Notes under the pieces: model-generated
The model's database searches: none
Seen by the model: the letters and a program-made list of their open reading frames with translations, nothing else
Told to the model about the DNA's origin: nothing
Program-made: the position numbers and the translations under genes
In this document: positions 50,126-64,000 of the stretch, piece by piece
Layout: every line of letters begins with the position of its first letter
Position numbering within the stretch: the first letter of the stretch is position 1
Source of the DNA: Marsupella aquatica
Lineage: Eukaryota; Plantae; Marchantiophyta
Length of the DNA: 64,000 nt
Direction of reading: 5' to 3'
Assembly (NCBI GenBank): GCA_973895155.1
Contig: OZ316892.1
Location: 17,846,357 to 17,910,356 of the forward strand

Positions 50126-51920
50126 TGTGGAGCCAAAGGGATTCTAACTATGTAATTTCTATTGATTGGTTATGTTTTCAAATTTGCAAACAATTAAAAA
50201 ATACAAGCATTTTGATATAAAACACTGATATATCATTGATGAGTATCAGAATGGTAACTTTATTTCACTAAATGACATCTCAAGTTACTTTGTATTCTGA
50301 TTTTTTATGCTTAATACTTATGGCATGGCGCCCCAAAAATTAGGTTACTTTTGTCACAAATATGAATGTGTATTTTTGTGACTGTCAAAAATAGTATTTG
50401 TCCTGGTTGTGACTGGTTGTACTGATGTGGCACAACCTCATGGGAGGAAATTTGCAAGGGAGCTCTCATGGGGGTCTGTAAAGATTATCTTCACAAACCA
50501 GTAAGACAATTTTCTTTAAGATAAGGAAAGGTGAGGATCCCCAAAATAAAAATAAAGTAGCTTGTCTTGCACTGTTTGTGGCTCAAAAAGATTCTGATGC
50601 TAAAAAATAATAATTAATCATTCTTTTGTATGATCACCTTAAAGGACTAATAAAATAGTTTTGGTTGACTTGGTACATGGGCCCCTTTCACAACCTTACA
50701 AAGCATTGGCCCCACTTTTAAAGTCTCCCGCATATGCCAGTTTTTTTAATAAACAATTGTTTAGATTTTAAAAGTGACAATTTCTTATAAAAAAGTGGTG
50801 GGCAGTTGGCATTATTTTGAAGCCTTTCTTTGTTACGCTCATGGGAAGCAATAGCTTAGGGTTTAGGTATTCCTTAGGTACGAAATGTCCATCAAACATC
50901 ATTTGAATACGAGGATGGGCAAGATTGAAAATTAAAGGGGGTCTAGGAGAAGGGGGTCTAGTAGAAGAAGACGATAAGCATTAAGAGGCCAAAAAAAAAC
51001 CCAGTAACACAAAAGATGCACCTGTCTAAGGTTGAAACAAAAATATCAATAAGACAAAGTACCCGAGTAGTTTTTCTAACAAGAGAACACTAGAATAAGC
51101 AATGTCATGATAGGATTGTTTTTATAGCTTTGCTTAATAAATGCAAGCTATGCTTACTGTGTCATGTTTTACATTCATCACTATAGCCCCATCCACCCAA
51201 TGCATCAAGTTTCCTTGAGAAAGAGTAAGAGGCCTGACAGATCTGATTTCCTTGGTGCCATCCAGGATTCTGCAATCAATGAATAATTTAAAATTTACAT
51301 CTAACTGACAAAAATATTGAAAACTTATGTCATTAGATAACAATTTTACAGCCATATCTTGATGTAAACACTGGCTTTTTAGCCGGGTTTTTAGCATCAA
51401 GATATTACCGTAAAGCACTAAATCAAAAGAATAATAATTTGGCGAGTTCCCCCATGAGGGATGGTATGACGGTACATTAGTTTGAGAATAGATTAATATT
51501 GTGGCCATACGTTAGTTAGCATAGCGCGCAGTACCGTACCCGAGCCTCCATTTTCCATCATCGTTTTCCGAAGTGAACAGTCCGGTGGTTCCAGCCCAAT
51601 GGGGATCTTAGGCTTCCGTCGTCGTTTCCCAAGTGAACAGCGCGATGATGGTTCCAGGCCAATGGGGTGCCGTTGCTGGGCCAGGCCCACAAATTCATAC
51701 ATTTTAGTGACTAAGCAATGGGCGTACACAATCATTGCTGTGTCAAGGGAGTAAGGGACGGCATCGCACGCTCTTCGCCTTGCTGACTACCCTTTGTTAC
51801 GTGAATCAGTGTGTATTTTTAAGGTTTTTATACTCTTTCGCCAGAGTGGCGAATGTTCAGTGTGCGAAAGAGAAAATGCTAAAAATATTTTTTATCTTAT
51901 TACATAGATCTCACTATATA

Positions 51921-52124
51921 TATAAAGATAACAGTTAAATTCTGGCTAATGAGACTTTATTAGGTGGAACACTGGCATTCGCCAGAAAAATACTAGCCAA
52001 TTAGTTTTGGCGAAAGCTTCACTAGATTTAAAGATAACAGTTAAATTCTGGCTAATGAGACCTTTATTAGGTGGAACACTGGCATTAGCCAGAAAAATAC
52101 TAGCCAATCATTTTTGGCGAAAGT
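51921..52124. repeat. ~108-bp tandem duplication upstream of DPP3
   Basis: TAAAGATAACAGTTAAATTCTGGCTAATGAGAC...TTTTGGCGAAAG occurs twice. Confidence 0.88.
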
Positions 52125-53140
52125 TTTTTGGGGAGGTGAAATTTGGCAAATTTTCGCCACTAAAGAAAACGCTGACGTGAATGTTTCATACAATCATGAT
52201 TCGGCTTTGAATTCCACGTGTCGCTGCACGGAGGCAACTGGAGAAGATTTAATAGTTGATCGTGAGAATGGAACATACTGTGAAGAAAATCGTCGAGCCA
52301 TATTTTTGTGCAGTTTCGTAGCGTACTTGTGCACTCGAGCATTCAAGTCATGGATTGGTGTAGAGGTCTAGAAATTGTTCGTCCTCCTGAAGACATCCTG
52401 CGAGATGTTCTGTCGCACGTACGATGAAAATGAGATCCACAGGCCATGCGAAGGATGAACTTCAGCGAAGAAATGAAGAGCCCAGTCCATCTTTCGAATG
52501 CGGGGAAGATTCGCTGGCTTCCGGTAACTTCTCTGCTTCGTTCTGACGGATCCCTTATTTTGAAGCGTCGATGTCCGAGCTACCCTCCCAGTTTCTTCAA
52601 TTGGATCTGTCGATCAATGTTCATGAACGACGGTGGGTTGAGTCGTGGTGCACAACTCGCATTGCTGTTAGGTACTAGTTTCGACACTCGGGAATACATG
52701 GAGCTACTTATGAACTAACCCAAGGGAAAGCCATCAGCCGCGCACTGAAAGTAAAATTGAGGATGATGAAGCTGCGACCCATTGATTTGAAATTCTGTGT
52801 GCTAGCTCAATTGATTTTTTGATCTTCTCTGAACAGGCTTGTAGATTTTCCAGCATTCGCTCAACAGATTTGTAGAGGTTCATCGCGCGCGCTTGAGAAC
52901 GAACACACGTTCTAGTTTGTTCGTGCCATCGTAGTATAATAGCCGTATGTCTTGTTCACTTGGTTGGAGGCTTTGATCTCTCCTAATAGACTACTGCTCT
53001 GAAATATCTGATGTACTGGAAGTGTACAACTTGATTCGATTAAAATCCGCTTAAATAGCCATGTGTATATTGTAGCTGCTCCATTGGTTTGAAAAAATGC
53101 AAATTCCTTTGCTCTGTTCTTGCTCCATCGGTTTGAGAAA

Positions 53141-56100
53141 ATGGAAATTCCGTTGCTCTGTTTTTGCAGTCTCTGTTCCGTTTCACTATCTTCCTCGACC
53201 ACCGTCAATGCAAGGTGTTTAGACATGTTAGTTTCGAGGTCACGATCGGCTACGGAGGACTTCGAGTCTAAGAAGGCATCGAAGATCCTGAGACGAAGTA
53301 TCCCTGAGCAGTCACCAGATTGGCACATCAGACGACTCCATGTGGTTCCTTCAGATCTGCCAGTGAGTCGGCTTCATTGCAAGGAAGCCTGGGACTCGCT
53401 GTCGGACGCACAGAGGCACTTCGTTCATCACTTCGCTCAGGCATTGTGGTCTGGATCTCGAGTCTGTGCTCACCAGATTTCAGAGGTACGACATATCGTC
53501 CTGTGACGATATTTGTTGTTTTCGGTGACAATAATTAACGCAAATAACAAGTTGATACGAATTTAGGGCGCTGACAGGGAACATGTACGTCAGACAAGGT
53601 TATGACAACGTCGATTGATCGACCTCGCTTCGAGAATCTCATAGATGAATTGTCTCCTTATTTCAGGAAAGTCCGGATATTTTTAAGATCCTATTGCTTA
53701 TTCTATCCTCAGCAGAATTGTCAGTTATTCGAAGACGAAGTTATCTCGCAGGAGTGACACCTACAGAATGGAAATTTTTCATATCTTATTCTACTTGCTT
53801 TCTCAGCAATCTTGGTATGTAACTACTTTAGAAATTGGAGTGGCGATGCGTACGTATTATACTTGGTAGTATACTGTCTGATTGTAGTATTTGTGTTAAA
53901 AATTCATGTGCTCGCGGTCATCTTATGGTGTCGGTAAGCTCAAATCAATCAGCTTGTCGCCCGCATGATCGGTAGACAAAGGGATATGTCCTCAGTAAGG
54001 CGCGGAGCTTATATAATTGCTCTTATAGCTGTGTACTTTTAGAAAGTGAGTAGTCAGCATTTGATTATAAATTAGCTCTTTGCGATCCTCGCTGGCCACC
54101 ATTGCTGCTAATAATAAACATTGCATAGGCAACTATTACGGTTTCGGAGACTTTAAAATTGTGCCAGGAATCCCTGAGGAGAAGCTCGATGTCATCATCA
54201 GAGATTCTCTTTTACAGGTACGATGAAATTGCAACGTCTCCAGGGCCTTTCAACTCGCACTGGCAGATATGATCTGACGGTTTCCATTCACTCTATAATT
54301 TATCTTGTTTTAGCTCTAAAGTGGCGATTTGGCAGTGAAACTACGATAATCTGCAGTAGGTGATCCGTTACTAACTCAGTCGACGCATCATGGCATGTTG
54401 TCTCGTACTTTTTCTCTCACAGGGACAGAGTAAGGATAGATTACTCTCGCTATGGGAAAAGAGACGACGACGTATTTATTCTCTATCTCCCAGTAAGTTA
54501 TCTGAGTTGTTAATCAGTGACCCCGTGTGTCTAAGTTTAAATAAGTTGCCGGCCTGAGATACACGTCATGTCCACGACAGTTGATCGATCAGTTTTTGGG
54601 CGTAGGCGTCCACAGCTCACGATACAAAAGAATGTACAAACAAATCCTTGTCCCTTGCCTCGGTCCTGCATGAGTTAAGCTTAATGGTTAGTGCATCCAT
54701 CTCCGTCCTTCTTCAAGCTGGACACCTACTTGAGAACCTGAGACGAATCAAATAGCATGTTGGATTTGGATTTTGGCATTAATAAGTTTGGACACGTCAA
54801 AGACTATTTGCAACCGTCCTGAAGGGTCGTATTCATCTCTTAGGAGAACGGCAACTGGGAATGCCGCCAAATGGCTCTTCTGCTTACTACTCGCAGGATG
54901 TAACCCGGGAGGAAGCCGAACTGGTAGCGGTAAGCATGAAGGAATGCATACTTGTGTTGCTCTTGGGCATTGATCGGCATGACTTTGGGTTAGAAATTTT
55001 AATCAGTTGTATGTTCTCTATCAAATAATGAAGAAGTGGTTGTGCAAGGAGGATCTGATCGTAGTATGCTGGCTCATGTGTGTGATGTCTGTACATAATA
55101 ATTTAAGAATGTATCATCCTGTGTACATTGCATATGATTCAAAATCTTTTATTAATAATATTTTTTTTGCAAAATTTGGGACCTGCACTTTGCAAATGCT
55201 TTCGTCCTGTACGTTGTAGCGTTTCTTCATGTCCAAACCAACTAGCTTCGATTACAGACTCATCTGCACGTTTCACGTGGAATTCGGAACAACTTAGTTC
55301 AAGACATATTGCTGATCTGTATATGGTCCAGGGATGTGACGTCGATCCGGCTTGCGTTTGATAAATTGCAGGAATGGATGAGAGATGCAAATTTAGAGCC
55401 ATGGAATACAAGAATCTGGAGGAGCAAATGTACCGGACTTTATGGAACACTTCCGGAGTTCGATCTTCGGGTTGCCTCTTCCTTAGAATCTCCTAAGACA
55501 AGCCATGTCTACAAGGTGCGATTCCCAACACGGGTCAGATGTCAACAATTTGTATCAGCGTCCAGAAGGGATCTGTCTAATTCCTCAGAGAGAGCACTTG
55601 CTAATTAAGAAGCGTAGAGTTTCTGAGGGTGTTTGAGCTGTGGCTATTAGGAACTCCCACGAAGTGGAAGGCAGCAAGTTTCAAGGGGAGAAGAAGCTTT
55701 TAAAGTTTTCGCTCGATTATTTTCGATGACCTGGATTCCAAAGGGATCTATTGTAGCACTGAGCACTGTCCACGTTAGGTAGTGCCCTTATGTATCTGTT
55801 TGTGAGTGGTAATTAATCGTGTAAGCCCCAAAATATGCGCGTTAATTTTTCAACAAACGCAATTTATTGACGCTCAATTGAAGCGGTGCCGATTGGGACG
55901 GTATGTTTGTTCTAACCAGTAGTAACACCAAGATGCAAGTGCTTGACCAACAAGGTTGTTCGTTCTGAAAGTATTAAGGTCACGTCCTACCTTGAGGCTC
56001 TGTCAGGTAGATTAGAAGTATAATGGAGCCTAAGATTGATGCCTTATAAGTTCGCGTCTGTGGCTGCAGAGTAAGTGCGTCATTCATGTCATCTATGGAG

Positions 56101-59100
56101 ATTTTAGGAAAGATCTAGAAGACGTGGTGGGGCACTTGAAAGATGCTCTTCCTTACGCTGACGGTGATGCTCAACATGCGATGCTGAATTGGTAAGTGAG
56201 ACGCCTAGATAATACTGTACAACCAACTGAACTGAAAGTTATGCAAAAAACAGCTGTTATGTCCGCAATTCCTCGCATCTTCTCTTCTGAAACTCAGTGC
56301 GATAGCTTTTTCACTTTGTTCGGTTTGCATATATGCAGCTTCATCAACTATCTACAGACCGGGTCGGTTGATTTCCATAAAACTAGTCAAGTCCTTTGGG
56401 TGAGGCACGAGAATGTCATTGACGGCAATTTAGGGTAAGATTCGGATTCTCACCTGAATGGTAAGGATATGCGAATTCTTGAGTAACGAATTTTAGTTTC
56501 CTCATATATCTATGAATGTTGAGTCTAACTTTTAAGACGTACCTATATTGAGGCCTTATGGATATAACGCATACGGATAATGTTTCACTCTCGATACTTC
56601 GATCTTGGATCAGCAGATTGTGGAGGTGGTACGAATAACCCTTGATTCAGTTCAAATTTCACCGATACTCTTCATACGGGAGCAACGTTTTGATTTTCGT
56701 CGTTTTCTACAAGGTCCAATGAGTGTCCCATGTTAAATTCAAAATGGCTAGGTGGCAAACTCGATGCCTGGTAGTTAGTATAACTTTACCAATGATAATA
56801 CGTAGATCGAAAGTCAAACTTGCCTTCTGCCATTCCACCGAGATTTTTCCACTACAGGCAGATAAGCAAACTGTAAAGGTCCGTTTCAGAATCCAGGCCG
56901 ATTGACGACCATCTGCTAACTCATTCTTCGATATTACTGGGAAACGAAATCACCGTGACGGGGAATGCTTATATTGTTCAGGTCGTGTTCCGTGGTGCCG
57001 TAAAAGAGACCGTAGTGGTGCTTTGAGTTCGCACGCACTGGGAAGTTAGTCACATTAATTGGTGATTTTCTCTTTGCTGTCATCCCAGCAGATTCATCGA
57101 AACGTACCGTGATCCGATCGGCTCTCGGGCGGAATTTGAAGGATATATTGGTATTGTGAATAAGGTACCATGCACCTGAGCACATTTTTAAAGCTGAGTA
57201 TACATAGCGTGTCAATCCAGAAGTAGCATGTTGTTCATTATCTAGACTTCGTTGTAATAGTCTGCCACTGTGAAGTTTGTTTCTCGCTTCGTGATCTCCT
57301 ACTATCTCCATAAACAACGACTGTGACCCTGCGGAAATGAAAACGAGGAGGCTGGATGATTACTAACCTCTTCCATTAGAATAAACACTTGGTTCCGGGT
57401 AACACATGATTTCCGGATTTAGTAGTGTCAGTTCGTTTTTCGCTAGACGTGTCCTTCAAGCCCTCGTCGGCCGCGATTAACATCCATCCAACAACAGAAT
57501 GTTCTTGATATTTTTGTTTTTCATCTTGGCCTAGGTTGCCAGCAAACAATTTGAGGCAGTGGTCGACAACGCGAATCTTCTGATACCCTCTCTGCCATGG
57601 CCGAAGGACTTCGAGGCGGATGCGTTTAAATGTCCCGCGTTCACCTGTATCGAGGTAAGTCCCTTGGGAACTCAGTCTTTGTGAAACATTGTGATTCCGA
57701 GTACTTATTTCAAGCAGTCTAAGCTACACCGGTGGCCATCACCTGCTAGCTGTCAGTCTCACTTTTCGTCCAAGTGCTTAGTACCAATGTTAATTTCTAC
57801 CATGTGGAACATCTCACTGCAGGCTTTTGTGTATGTGAATAGCACGATTCCAGCCGCGTTCAACCTACCAAATTATGAAGATGTACGCCAGGTATGCAAC
57901 ATCTACGTGCTTCCATTTCTCCAAGTATTCGAATTTAGTTTGAACATAATTTCTGTTCTCAGAAGAATGCCACTTTTTTGCCTCAAGAATGCAAAAGGCC
58001 GATGTACAGTTCGTTCGCATATCAAATTTTCGAAACTCAAATTCACAAGGAAGCTAGCCGTTCATTGTAGCATTGTGGCCGGGAACTTACTAGATCACTC
58101 AAAGTGAATTGATAGAAGGTCGAACTCAGGTTTCAGATCCAAACTAATTGTGTCGCATAGCTGAGATTGTTCCAGGTTCACGGTTCGAGAAATCTGTGCG
58201 TTTCAAACGCTCTTGATGCATATGATTGCGTCAACAAGGTACGGTCCATATCAACACAGATCACACCTAATCTTAAGTCCATTTTGATGTCGATCTGATT
58301 CTCCGTGATTCTCGCAAACGATTCTCATTCAGATCACACATATTATTCAATTGAGCATGGCCCCTACTTTTGAACGTACTTTTAACTTGTATCGTGAATG
58401 TAGATTTCCTTTGTGGCGGATGAAGATTGGGAGCTTTTGAAGAAAATCCAGCAAGACGTGTTGAGCGTTCAGCTTGGCTGTCATGAACTTCTTGGGCATG
58501 GATCCGGGAAGCTTTTCACTCAAGACAGAGACGGTACCTGCAACTTTGCTCGAGGAAAGGTATGGTTTAGAACCATATCTTCTTGATCAATGCCCCCTCG
58601 TATCAGTTCAGCTTCATATATAGATGTCCATTGAAAATTGAATACTTATAAATTTCTGAGGCTACTAGCCCACCAGCCTTGACAATAAGAGTGAAATCCT
58701 GAACCTTTCCTCCGAGCAGATCATATATATCATTCCTTTGACCTTCACAATCCCTGGACGCGGTTACTCCCTATATACATTTCATAGTCTCATTTTGCTA
58801 GACCGTCCGAAGTGTTTTCCTGTTCTGTTAGCTCCCGATCTTTCATGTCCGATTGTAAGCACCCTGGCACTGATCAATCTGATGACCAACCTTCCTTTCA
58901 AAAATTTAAAGAATGGTTGACTAGGTTTCATAAAGTCAAAGAATGGTTAACGTTAATCCTTGCTGAATAGGTGCTGTTAAGGTTTTAGTATTGATACTTA
59001 AGCCGTTCAGAGTCTTGTTGGATATTTAGAGTGTCCGACATGAAATTTATTTTTACTAGCGACATTCTGCAACAGGCCGACGACCTTGCTGGCGCTGGAA

Positions 59101-61649
59101 AGTCCGATCCTTCCCATTGATTCTCAATCGAATGTTGGCCTACGTGTGCAGGTCAGGCATCCATTCTTCGACGAGATGGTAGGAACGTGGTACAGGCCGG
59201 GTGAATCATGGAATTCTGTGTTCGGCCAAATAAGCTCATCATACGAAGAATGCCGGGCCGATTGTGTTGGGATATATCTCAGTACCTTTCCCCAGGTGCG
59301 TCTCGATTCCGGTCTATACACCAGTTCGCTCTTGACAGTTTCCAGGTTATTATGTCACAGGTCCAATCGCAGTACGTCGTTCAAAGAAATTAATGATCAC
59401 TTAACCGGAAATTGCCCCTCAATTACATCCTGTAGTCTGGACGTAAACCCGGGTGACCTAATTCAATGCACTTGTACTTGAAGATCGGGCATCGTGGTTC
59501 TATGACTAAAGAATCAAATATGGAATTGCCTACGCAGATAGATGAGTTAGAGTCTTCAACTTTAAATCCATGCCTGTATCTGCAGGTACTGGAAGTTTTC
59601 GGATATTGTGGTCAGCATGCCGAGGACATTATGTACATTAACTGGCTGACCATGGTGAGCTCCAGATTTTCATAATCACCGACGGTAGCAAAGTTTGGGT
59701 CATCTAGAGACGGAACGAGTACTTCTATTTGATGGTGGAGTTGAAGGAAGCTCAGATGCTTAAAGAAATCTAAATAAGTGAATTAATATTGCAATGTTCA
59801 GCTGGACTTGTGAGAGATGTCGACAGTTATGTCAATAAAACACAGGTTAGAACTTTGATTGTCACCGTCATTAAAGTCGATAAATGGTGTCAACGGACTT
59901 CATAGATGAAGATAAGTACTAAATCTTTACATACACTGGCGTTGACCTGGGGACTTTTGTAGGCAAAGGCAGGATTTATAGCTCTAAACTTTTACTCTTT
60001 CGACACCGGTAACTGGAGGCAAGCGCACATGCAGGTACATTGTCCCCTTGACTCCTGACCATAATATATAGTTACATCAAGCATAATAGTCTGGTGACAT
60101 AGTCACGATTTTTCAAGAAAGGCAGAGAATATTTGCAAGCACTTTTGAAGCTTGCAATAGGAAACTGTGGACGTGGAGTGGCCCAAAACTTACCAATGTG
60201 GTGAACTTAAAAAGACAAATCCTGATTATCCTGAGTTGTAGCGGGAATTCCAATCAATTAATTATCAGCTGTCCATGCATGCTCTATAAACCTGCCATGT
60301 TAATTATGCTGATAGATTGTAAGCGAGTGTACCAGGGACGATTTGCGATACTGCGGACATTGATGGAGGCTTCAGATCGCGATGCGGAATGGAGCACAAG
60401 TTCTCAAGGCTCAATTGATGGGAAAACGTTTCTAGAACTAGGACTTCGCGGTGAAGACGAATTTGTTTTACATTTGAACCGTGAGAAAATCAGGGCCGTT
60501 GGGCTGCCTGCAATTAGTGAACTGCTTGTAAAATTACAAGTTTACAGGTCTACAGCAGATGCAAGAAGAGGGCGAGAATTCTTCACTGAGGTAGATATAT
60601 ATATATTTTCTAAATATTAAGAATTTCTTCGTGCACAAGATTGTATCGTAGTCCACTAAAGCAGTCCAGATTGTATCGTCAGTGGACTACGGTAGTGGCT
60701 ACTTTGATTCGTGCTATCTAAACATCTGTCTATAAACATGGCAGGTCTAAATGAGTTCCGACACGGAGATTTGGAGATGTTTTTGAACCATTCTAAGCGT
60801 TGTGTAACCTCTATGTTTCACATTATTTTGTATCTCCTGGCCTATACCTTCGTATTAACTAATATTTTGCGTCATTCTCGTGATGAATTATTTGAATGTT
60901 CCCTGTTTGACGACGCTCTCTATATCAATGAGTGCCCGTTTATCAAATTTGATCGATGGCTCATGCTTGAAGTTCTGACTGGTTCATGTGTATAGCTTAC
61001 AACAGTGCCCAGGTACATGCTGAAATATCAAAGAGTTCTGTCAACGGAGCCGCGACCTATGATGGTCCAAGTATGTCTCTTTTCTGTTCGAAACCGGGTG
61101 CTAAACCAGGATGCCAGTTTTACTCTTCGTTGACTACCTGTAAGCAACTTGTGATCAAATACCAATCTTTTCGTGGCCAGGTCTACACGTTCTCGACGTC
61201 GCAATTCAGGCTGAAGTCACTTCCCTAGCTGCTTATATTGCTTGAGGATTTTACCCGTTGGAGTCTTAGCCTAACTAAAATTAATCATATCGCGATAGGA
61301 TCCATTTCTTTGTGATATGTACAACTTACCCACTGAGTAACAATTAGTATTTCCAGGACCTTCTTGAAAACCAATATGGTTATGCAGAAATACAGGGCCC
61401 GAGAAGCTAGGTCTAATTAAGCAGCTTAAAATGAAACCTGTAGAGCTGCAAGCTTGAGTTCACTCATGAATTGATTTCTAGGACAGCATAGCGCATATAA
61501 TGACCAAGGACGTTTGGTAGCAGATGAATACAAGGTTGGAGAATGTAGACGGGGGCTCGCATATATGTATGGAAGAGTTCGACCCGACACCCGAAGGGAT
61601 CATCAAATCATATTTGGCTCGGTTTGAGAACTGGATTTCGGGTTGTTAA
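53141..61649 (+). CDS. DPP3: Dipeptidyl peptidase III (peptidase family M49), canonical HELLGH type
   Basis: About 19 GT-AG exons (approximate): 53141-53485, 53667-53814, 54129-54217, 54423-54492, 54844-54929, 55372-55516, 56070-56191, 56339-56434, 57091-57163, 57535-57654, 57823-57891, 58176-58238, 58404-58559, 59152-59295, 59586-59654, 59963-60034, 60336-60590, 60996-61070, 61524-61649. Motifs: [50 protein letters not shown] (58482-58499), [10 protein letters not shown] and WRQAHMQGRFAIL. The start codon is uncertain (53141 or ~53225). Confidence 0.93.
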
Positions 61650-64000
61650 ATTGGGCCACAGTCTGAAATTTACCTGGGGGAACCCATCTAATTTATTCCT
61701 CATACGACAGACATTTTCTTGCATGTAATGCCTGTATAGTCTTGCACATGTCCACCATACGGCATATGAGTTTCATCGTATTCGAACGTCATGCTGGCTC
61801 GGTTTCCATTAGTTTGCCAATCGGGCGCTTTTGGTTGCTACTTTGGAATTCTTGGGCCACTAGTCGGAAGATCACATGGGAGAAGCTTGGTTTGCACATT
61901 GGTTTGCCATTTGGGCAACAAACCGGGATGCAGTTCAAGTGCCAACGATTTGCAGGTCACCCGGGAGAATCGCGGTTTGTTATCTGGGTTTTGGTGTGCT
62001 AGCTGGAATGCAATTCACGGGCCAGCACTTTTACCTTATAGCCGCTGTTTTCTGCCCAAATCATGCACTTTCGGAGTGCATGTATTTGCACACATGAAAA
62101 ACGAGGCACGCTTGTACAGTAGTTGGGCATGCGAAATTTTCCATTGCAGCCGAGACAGCCGATGGAAGAGCAGGTATGCTACTTGATGGCGATTAGGGAG
62201 GCATGGAGAAGAGACCTTCAATCGAAATCAAATTTAGCTTCAGGACAGTTCAGATTCTTGAAGTCCTGTAGCCCGACTCTGTACAGTCTAAACGACGAGA
62301 TTCACGATCAGGTTTAATTTCAACTTGTACATACATCACGTGAAAGAGATCTGCAGTATTTCCATCTACTGTCATTGGGGAGTATCCTTCAGGAGTTATG
62401 TTACTCCAATCAAACAATTCACAAGTGAGTTGGAATATTTTCTGTTACTGTAGCTGTGTGTCTTTAGATTGAACACTCGTGGCATATAAATGGGCCTAAA
62501 AGGACGCGCCTTCAATGAAGACTATAATGATATAGTGATTGGAATAGTGGATCCGTTCTGCTGTTGCAGCTGACCATACCATAATTTCAATTAAGCTCTT
62601 GGTCTAGTTATCCGGGTGTCTGTTGGAGATCTTTGTCCCTTCTCATCTGCTCTTCGGATGGGGAAATCGTTTGATTTACTAGTAGGTTTGGCAGCTTATA
62701 CATATGTTCTTACCTATTCTGAATCTGAGACATTGACTTATTTCCTATCATGAACAATGGCTTCTCAAAATGGGGGGCCTGAGATTTGCAAACTAAGCTC
62801 TCGCCAAGCAAATATCATGGCAACATGCTATGTGAAACAAAAGGGATCAGAAGCAAAGCTTCATCGGAAGGGAACCAAACTACAGATTTTGTGTTATTAA
62901 CTTTTCTTGTGATTTGTATTCATTCCTTGATGTCCTTTAGTAGGGTGTATCCCTTATACTTCATTTATATTTTGCACCCCCTTAATATTAATGATTTAAT
63001 TTGCAATTATAGGAGGCCATTCCACCTTAAGAAGATGCTATGTCACCCTTCATTGAGAGTCATTGAGAGTTGAATGAGAGACCTCATGAGTGCAGGTGTG
63101 AGTCTTATCACTAGACTACATTGTGTGAAACCCCATGAGTGTAAGTGTGGGTTACTTATCACGAGACTACCAGGTGTATACGGTATGCTAAGGAGAGAAA
63201 AGTGTACAAGTGAATGATATGAAAACCTAGCCCACCGGCCCTTTTGGAAGGGATCATAATCCTAGGAGAATTGTTTCACTCTAAAATATATATGGAATGA
63301 CTCAAAACTCTAGGAAGGTTTATTTAACTTACATCAGTTGGATGACATCAATAAATTGGAAGCCATTGAACACAACCTGAAGAACTGTCTGGATGTCTTC
63401 AAGAAGGTCTTTGCTCTCGAGGAGCAGGGTGGCATAGAAACCAAATAAATGTGACGAATTTTTTCACCAACAGATCCTAATGTTAAAGACAATTGTAAAT
63501 GAGGATTTATTTGGAGGAGTTGTGTTAGCAGAAGGGAAGACATGGTGTAAGATTGTCTTGGAAATAACTAAGAGAAAATGCAGTGGCACGGTTGGATACG
63601 ATGAATCATTTGGCTTTAACATCCCACTTTACATGAGAGAGGGCTATTCCGGGGCCCACTTTTCGGTTGGGAAAACCCAATCATATCTGCCATTTTGTGG
63701 CCCCCACAAAATCCTATGTGTAGCTTTCTCTATTTCCTGGGCCCCACCTTAAGGCCATTGATAGTGATCCATTTGGGATCCTAGCATTAGGATTCCTAAG
63801 ACGTTAACTTCTGGTTTGGAATGATCCATATGTAAAGTCACTATTAAAATCGTTTTGCATTAGTGGGAACCGTGAAGCATTGGTATATGAGAAGGCTGTG
63901 ATATATCAAAGGAATGATCAGGTTTGCACTTGCACTGCAAGAAAAGTTAATGCTGTTTTCTTCTCAAATTTAATTGCAATGGTTGATTGGCTTGTATTGG

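Overview
Eukaryotic, intron-rich land-plant genomic DNA. Gene structure and long leaders suggest a bryophyte such as a liverwort (inference only). Five intact spliced host genes can be read exon by exon: VPS26 (-), a UBC15-18/UBE2W-type E2 (-), a plastid CAAX/Abi protease-family gene (-), an RCI2/PMP3 proteolipid (-) and a 19-exon dipeptidyl peptidase III carrying the animal/fungal HELLGH motif (+). There is also an orphan sugar-transporter 3' fragment and much AT-rich MITE/foldback DNA. The most striking feature is at 27.7-35.2 kb: a frameshifted Crypton/DUF3504-like tyrosine recombinase gene with predicted introns, inside a bipartite element. The element consists of a ~125-bp imperfect hairpin, a CCTTAR-N7-TTAAGG-like junction, and a body bounded by 15-bp GTTAAG inverted repeats. 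A divergent ~350-bp non-coding element with the same architecture lies 3.6 kb downstream. Its hairpin shows compensatory changes and the same tandem G.A mismatch. The two elements bracket the RCI2 gene. All calls come from manual reading and translation; no database searches were run.
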